Origin: Stylophora pistillata
Taxonomy: Eukaryota
DNA: 64,000 bases
Direction of reading: 5' to 3'
Assembly (NCBI RefSeq): GCF_002571385.2
Contig: NW_019218055.1
Location: forward strand, 50,704 to 114,703
Position 1 is the stretch's first letter. Each line of letters opens with the position of its first letter. Positions 58,879 to 64,000 of the stretch are shown here, piece by piece. A program made the translations under genes and the position numbers. A model generated the notes under the pieces. The model had not been told where the DNA came from, ran no database searches, and saw only the letters and a list, made by a program, of their open reading frames with translations.

Positions 58879-61800
58879 CTATAAAAAACAAATGAGAAAA
58901 AAGTTGAACTTGACTATTACTAGAAATACTACATTACGTTCGTTTGTTCATTCGGTCGTTGATCGGCCATAATTCGCTCGTTCCTTCATTCGTTTGTTAA
59001 TTTGTTCATGAACGCGTTCCTCCTCGTACATTCGCTCGCTCGCTCTTTCTTCATTCCTTCCCGTACACTCGTTCGATCTCTAGCGTTGTTTAGATTGTGT
59101 TTTCATTCGCCCACTCTCGCTGGCAAAATCGATCCTTAATCCTATTTTGTTTATCACTTAGTTCTCTATTGTTACCCTGGTCGGTTGCTCGTTCTCTTCA
59201 GTAGTGGAGATTTGTAATAATTTACTACGACTTTTTTTTACCTGCTCAAGGTATTTATTCTGTACTTTATATCTGGCTTGGCATAACGCGCATGCTGTAA
59301 AAGAAGGAAAAAAGTCTTAGTTTTATTCAAAGTGGTGCGAAAATTGTCCATCGGATGGACTGTATGGCAGACATTAAGGAGAATTACTAATGTGATTTTG
59401 GGAGTGAAAGCGTTAAAACGGATTCTAAATGACGAACTTGAAATTTTAAGTGAATCCTTCAACTTGAACAAAACCGTCTCTAGTTCGTTTAAACTTGTGT
59501 GCTATCGATTTCAAAAAGGGGGGTTCACTTCCAAATTACACATTTCCATTTCGCAAACTAAAAATATCTATTTCGCAAAATTACAGATTTTCGTTTCGTT
59601 TCGTTTTGCAAATTGCAGTAAGCCATGTACGTGACGTATTTAACTTACGCGAAGCAAAAATGTTTTTCAGCCAGTTAAGCCATGGAGGGGAGATGGAAAG
59701 CAATTACCATTAGTGTGCCCTTATCAAAGCGAATGATCTAAAATCACCAGTACCTTTCTCTTTGTCGGGGAAAATCAGTTGGTTGACAATGATGTTGTGC
59801 GTGTCAATATCTGACTTGCTGAGCTCTTGAACTAATCTCTCTGTTTCATAAAGGGACAGAAACTCTGCTATACAAACGCATACGAACGTGGTGTGATCCT
59901 GAAAGAAAGTTTTCAAGTTAAAATCGGTTATTGGTCCATTGACTGTCAAAAGTAACGCGGTTTTTTTGCCGGTCCTTAGTGATGGGTCCTGAAAACTCGC
60001 ACCCCCTTTCTCAGCCAATCGGATGCTAAGCTAAAACCAATTGCGACTTGGTCGCCCGCGTTTTCCCGCGCTTTAGGCAGTTAACTTGATTTTACTCTGA
60101 GTTTCCATTGGCTTCTGGTGAAATTTTCATTCGTTCTTGGTTTTGATTTTTCAACACTCTCGAAAACCTCTGTTAACAGGTAATAATAGAGTAGTTTTTC
60201 TCCTACCGGATTTTTAAACTGTTGACTGACTTGCTGTATCACAGGCAGAGTATCTTCTAACTTCTTGGTCATTTGATCTGCATTCATATCGTGTATACCA
60301 AGCAACGAGCCAAACTGAACAAGCAGAAAAAAAAACAAAAACACTGACTAAATTAAGTCAACTGTGTAAATTAGGTCAATTATGGCTTATCCTCAGCTAA
60401 AATCTCCTTATAATTTGAATATATCAACAAAGTTGAAATGGTAGATTGGCCACCCTTACGATAATAAAAGCTGACATTTCGAGCGTTAGCCCTTGGGCTA
60501 ACGCTCGAAACGTCAGCTTTTATAATCGTAACGGTGGCCAATTTACCATTTCAACTTTGTTGATATATTCAAATTATTTCGTTACCCCCACCGACGCAGC
60601 CCCAAACAGTTTCTTTAGAAACTATCAGCCTTTAGTCATATGTAATTCATGGCTTATCCTCAGCTAAAATCTCCTTAGATTGTTCAGCAGACAGGAGATA
60701 GGAATTTACTCTTTAACTTCCGAGATCTGATTATCAATTCTCCTATCTAGCAGCTACATATTTCCTTGTAAATTAGTTACAAGAATTCGTTGCTAGATCA
60801 AGACAACAACTTCTACCTGATAAGTTTTTAGTATTCTCATTACCTATTTGCTGGATAATGTATGGATATTGTGGGGAAAAGTTGCATGTTTAAAACCTCT
60901 AGGAGCTAAGGATAAAAGTCTGCACTCAGGCCAAGTGGCCCATTAAACTGGACCTGATCCCTGTTTCCTTAGCATGAAGCAAGTAGGAACATCATTACCC
61001 CTCCCTGGATGGTATGTCAATCCATCACAATGTTAACCCCCCAGCTTTACATCAGGCTTAAGATAACTAGCAAGTTGGAAATTTGGACATGATATAAAAC
61101 CATCTTTAAAAAAAAGGGTAGCCTTCAGAATTCACTTATGACTTTTCCCCAAACATCATTCCTAGTCGCCACTGATTGCACAATGTTAGTTTATCAATAA
61201 GCTTTAAATAACCTATTACAGCATAGGCATGCTTTTCCAGACGAGAGCTGTCATAAGCTAAGCCGTACCAAACATTTGGAGGCATGCATGGTTGTTTCAG
61301 TAAAATGATTAATCACTTGACAAGGATAGGGGTCACAAATAGCCATGGGTACCACCCTAAAGTTACCCCAATGGGCTACTCTGGGTGTGGTTATATGTTA
61401 CTAGGAACATACCTGAGAGACAAATGGCCCAATACTGTTCTTCAGGGTTAAAATTTTTCCAAGAGATTTTTCAATGATTGATGGAAAAGCGAGTAGTCTA
61501 AGGGTGTGGCCTGTTGGAGCTGTGTCAAACACCACTACACTAAAATCCATCGTGTTAACTAGCCTGCATACAGAGAAAGTTGAAAAGTTTTACTTATACC
61601 TTATCATAATCATTTTTCATCACTGATCAATCAGCCACTGAGGCTTTTAAGAGGCAATGTATGGACCAGCCAGGGGTTTTTATTAAGGGTATCAGGGGTT
61701 CTTTCACATAAGGTATTTCTGGATCACAAGACAAGCATAACTTACCTCATCTTTCATTTATTTTAAGTTTTTGGTACCAAGACATGAATTGAGTGCTAAC

Positions 61801-63046
61801 AGCAGTTTTAAGTGTTTGGTAATCAACTTTTTGCAAGTTAAGTATTGATATCTGGTAAGAAAAAAAGTAGGGTATATTGCTCTCCCATCATTCCTATGAC
61901 ACTTATTTTTTTTCTATTCTACATCAAATTATAATGACTCTTAACCATGTTTTCGCAACATTTGTGGTATTTTGCCCTTTTCTGAATTTTTTATCAAGTT
62001 CTATAATCAGCAGATAAAATGTCTGGCCGAGTAAAGAGGGACTGGGTGCCATGACGTCACAGTAGGAATCTTGTGGAGAGAAGAGTCAGGGGTATTCAAA
62101 AAACCCCAAACTACACATCGAAATGGCATTTTTTGTCTAAAACGATTGTAAACAGTAGCTTCCACACTCACTTTGCTTCTTTGATAAACTTGGTGTTACT
62201 ACTGTTACGTCACGGGTTCCAGTGCTCTTTAATGCGGCCAAAGAGATATGGGGAGCCTAAGTTCGATACAATTTCAGACTTTTATCGCCTCGTAAAATAA
62301 CAGACACATCAGAATCACCCACAAATCTTACCAGACACCCTCTACATACTTCTATTTTATAATTTAATGCTAAAAAAATAGGTGTCATAGAGACTTTAAC
62401 CCTTTGGCCCTAAGAATGACTAACATCTAATTTCTCCGTACATTATAACCCCTGAATCACACATCAAGGTCATGAGAATAAAAGAAATGATCACCAACTA
62501 AAGAAGCTCTCAATTGTTAAACAAATTCTCCTTGTCAACACCTTAGGAAATGTATAGAGAACAGTATGGAGGATATACATACCAATGATAGGGTGTAAGG
62601 GGTTAATTACCCTTGGCCTCTTTTTCAAAATGAGGCCTGGTGCTCAACCATTCTTGTGAAAATGAGTTAAATTTGCATGTGAATGGAAACTTATTATCAT
62701 ATGAAAGGATGAGCACCAGGACTCGTTTTGAAAATCAGGCAAAGGGTAATTCGGAAATGGGCTATTGAGCTGAGTGTCAAACAAGAACAGATAAATACTT
62801 GGGAGAACTTGAAGAAATGGCAATCTGGGGAAATGCTTTTGTTAAAAACAGTTGAATCGACTTTTTATTGTGATCAAGCCATCAAGATGAAACCCTTGCA
62901 TGTTGTGATTTAACTCATGAAGATGACAGCAATGTTGATAATGTTGATGACAAACCTCATAACCTCAGCAAAACTCATGGCTTCATCAATTCCAGGAAAG
63001 GCTCCTAAAAGCTCCTTTACCATACTTTTACCCATGGACATCAAGT
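58759..63046 (-). CDS. ASNA1: ATPase GET3/ASNA1 (TRC40), 3' six exons; 5' part lies outside the window
   Basis: Exons 63046-62956, 61563-61413, 60314-60207, 59898-59754, 59294-59242, 58878-58759. Motifs PGIDEAMSF, switch [35 protein letters not shown], CxxC (CALC), LYEDFH..LPL..EVRG; stop TAA. Confidence 0.95.
59242..59294 (-). CDS. ASNA1: GET3/ASNA1 exon ([18 protein letters not shown])
   Basis: Zn-binding dimerisation CxxC motif. Confidence 0.93.
59754..59898 (-). CDS. ASNA1: GET3/ASNA1 exon ([48 protein letters not shown])
   Basis: Highly conserved Get3 block. A same-phase alternative donor 6 nt further on (59748) is possible. Confidence 0.95.
60207..60314 (-). CDS. ASNA1: GET3/ASNA1 exon ([36 protein letters not shown])
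   Basis: Phase 0/0; resembles the Get3 helical insert. Confidence 0.93.
60410..60577. repeat. 168-bp palindrome (83-bp arms, 79/83 match), Penelope-like insertion in an ASNA1 intron
   Basis: Arms 60410-60492 and 60495-60577; the insert is flanked by a 29-bp direct repeat at 60382-60410 and 60649-60677. Confidence 0.9.
61413..61563 (-). CDS. ASNA1: GET3/ASNA1 exon ([27 protein letters not shown]...FVSQ)
   Basis: DTAPTGH signature of the ArsA/Get3 family. Confidence 0.96.
62400..62602. mobile_element. TTAA-flanked (piggyBac-like) MITE
   Basis: TTAA|CCCTTT...AAGGGG|TTAA. Further related copies lie near 31552-31750, 33030-33225, 42460-42680 and 48940-49122. Confidence 0.8.
62956..63046 (-). 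CDS. ASNA1: GET3/ASNA1 exon ([31 protein letters not shown])
   Basis: PGIDEAMS motif; GT-AG boundaries. Confidence 0.93.
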
Positions 63047-64000
63047 CTACAAACAAAGTCACACAATAATGGCAAATTACTGTCGAACTACCATAGTCTA
63101 CATCTGGGTTAAATGGCCTATCCAATGAAAGCTCATTTTCATAGCATGAGGCGAATAGGAGTAAAATAACTTGGCCAGGCCTTGAATCCAGACCAAGAGA
63201 CCACTGCACTAACCAGTGGGCCACCAAACTACAACAAGGATGTCCTGAATACTTAAAAGCAACTTGAAATTCAAGCTACAGAGAAAAGAACACAAATCAA
63301 ACAACCTACATTGACCATGTATATGAGACAGCTATATTGCAAAACAATAATTATACAAATTTTTCTTTGCAAATTTCAACAACAACAACAACAATAATAA
63401 CAAATAACTACAATTGATAGGGATAATGATGATGATGATGAAAACAACAATAAGANNNNNNNNNNNNNNNNNNNNNNNCAAAAGCTTAAATCAAATTGAT
63501 TTCCTTCCTTCCAGTGAGGGAAAGGTGAGTAGAGAAGGATACTTATTATCCTACTATTAAGGCACCTTATATATTAAATTTCGTGTATTTCGTTTTTCAT
63601 GGTTCGTCTAAATATTTTTACCGATGATGGATTTGAGCATGTAAAACTGAAACAATTTATGACTTCTGTTTTACAGGCAACTTCCGGTCTCAGTATTCGT
63701 TGTTTCGCAAGAACCGTTCGATTTTTATCACAAAATTACAGTTACGGACTTGTTACAATACCGTCAATTGCGGCTTCTGTCTTGAAACGATAACCTATAT
63801 GTGTGTGATGACTAACTCATCACGAGTTTTTCATTTTCCATTTGGTACGATTTGCGTGAGAACAAAGTTGATGAATAAGGAAAAAAGGTCTAAGTTGATC
63901 AGTGTCGTGCTCTTAATGAGGACATCGCAATCTACGGTTAATCCCTTTTAAGTATCAATCTAAATAATACGGAATTCAAATTATTGTAATAAACACGCGC

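Noticed and set aside
57348-62059. Further TGACGTCA sites at 57348, 58287 and 62052
   Set aside because: They lie in repeats or an ASNA1 intron downstream of PDE4, with no promoter context. They also show that this motif can occur without regulatory meaning.

Overview
Eukaryotic, AT-rich, intron-rich animal DNA. The repeat families and the TPR relic suggest a stony coral, which is an inference. Main content: (1) a cAMP-specific phosphodiesterase 4 (PDE4/dunce-like) gene on the + strand. I assembled it by hand from 20 phase-compatible GT-AG coding exons (27993..53829, about 820 aa) with UCR1, UCR2 and an intact catalytic domain. It is preceded by about 18 kb of CpG-rich DNA holding candidate 5' exons, three tiny phase-2 candidate first exons and three perfect CRE palindromes. 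(2) The six 3' exons of GET3/ASNA1 on the - strand (63046..58759), convergent with PDE4; its 5' end lies beyond the window. (3) A full-length but decayed Gypsy LTR retrotransposon (4265..8763) nested inside a MITE. (4) A degenerate TPR-repeat pseudogene, a Crypton-like fragment, and many SINEs, MITEs, palindromes and tandem repeats. The most interesting candidates are a minimal hammerhead-ribozyme fold with a compensatory U3-A8 core at 92..130, the PDE4 multi-promoter/CRE cassette, and non-canonical regulatory and pocket residues in this PDE4. No prokaryote-type system (CRISPR, operon) is present. All gene models come from manual translation and splice-site reading, without RNA data or database searches.
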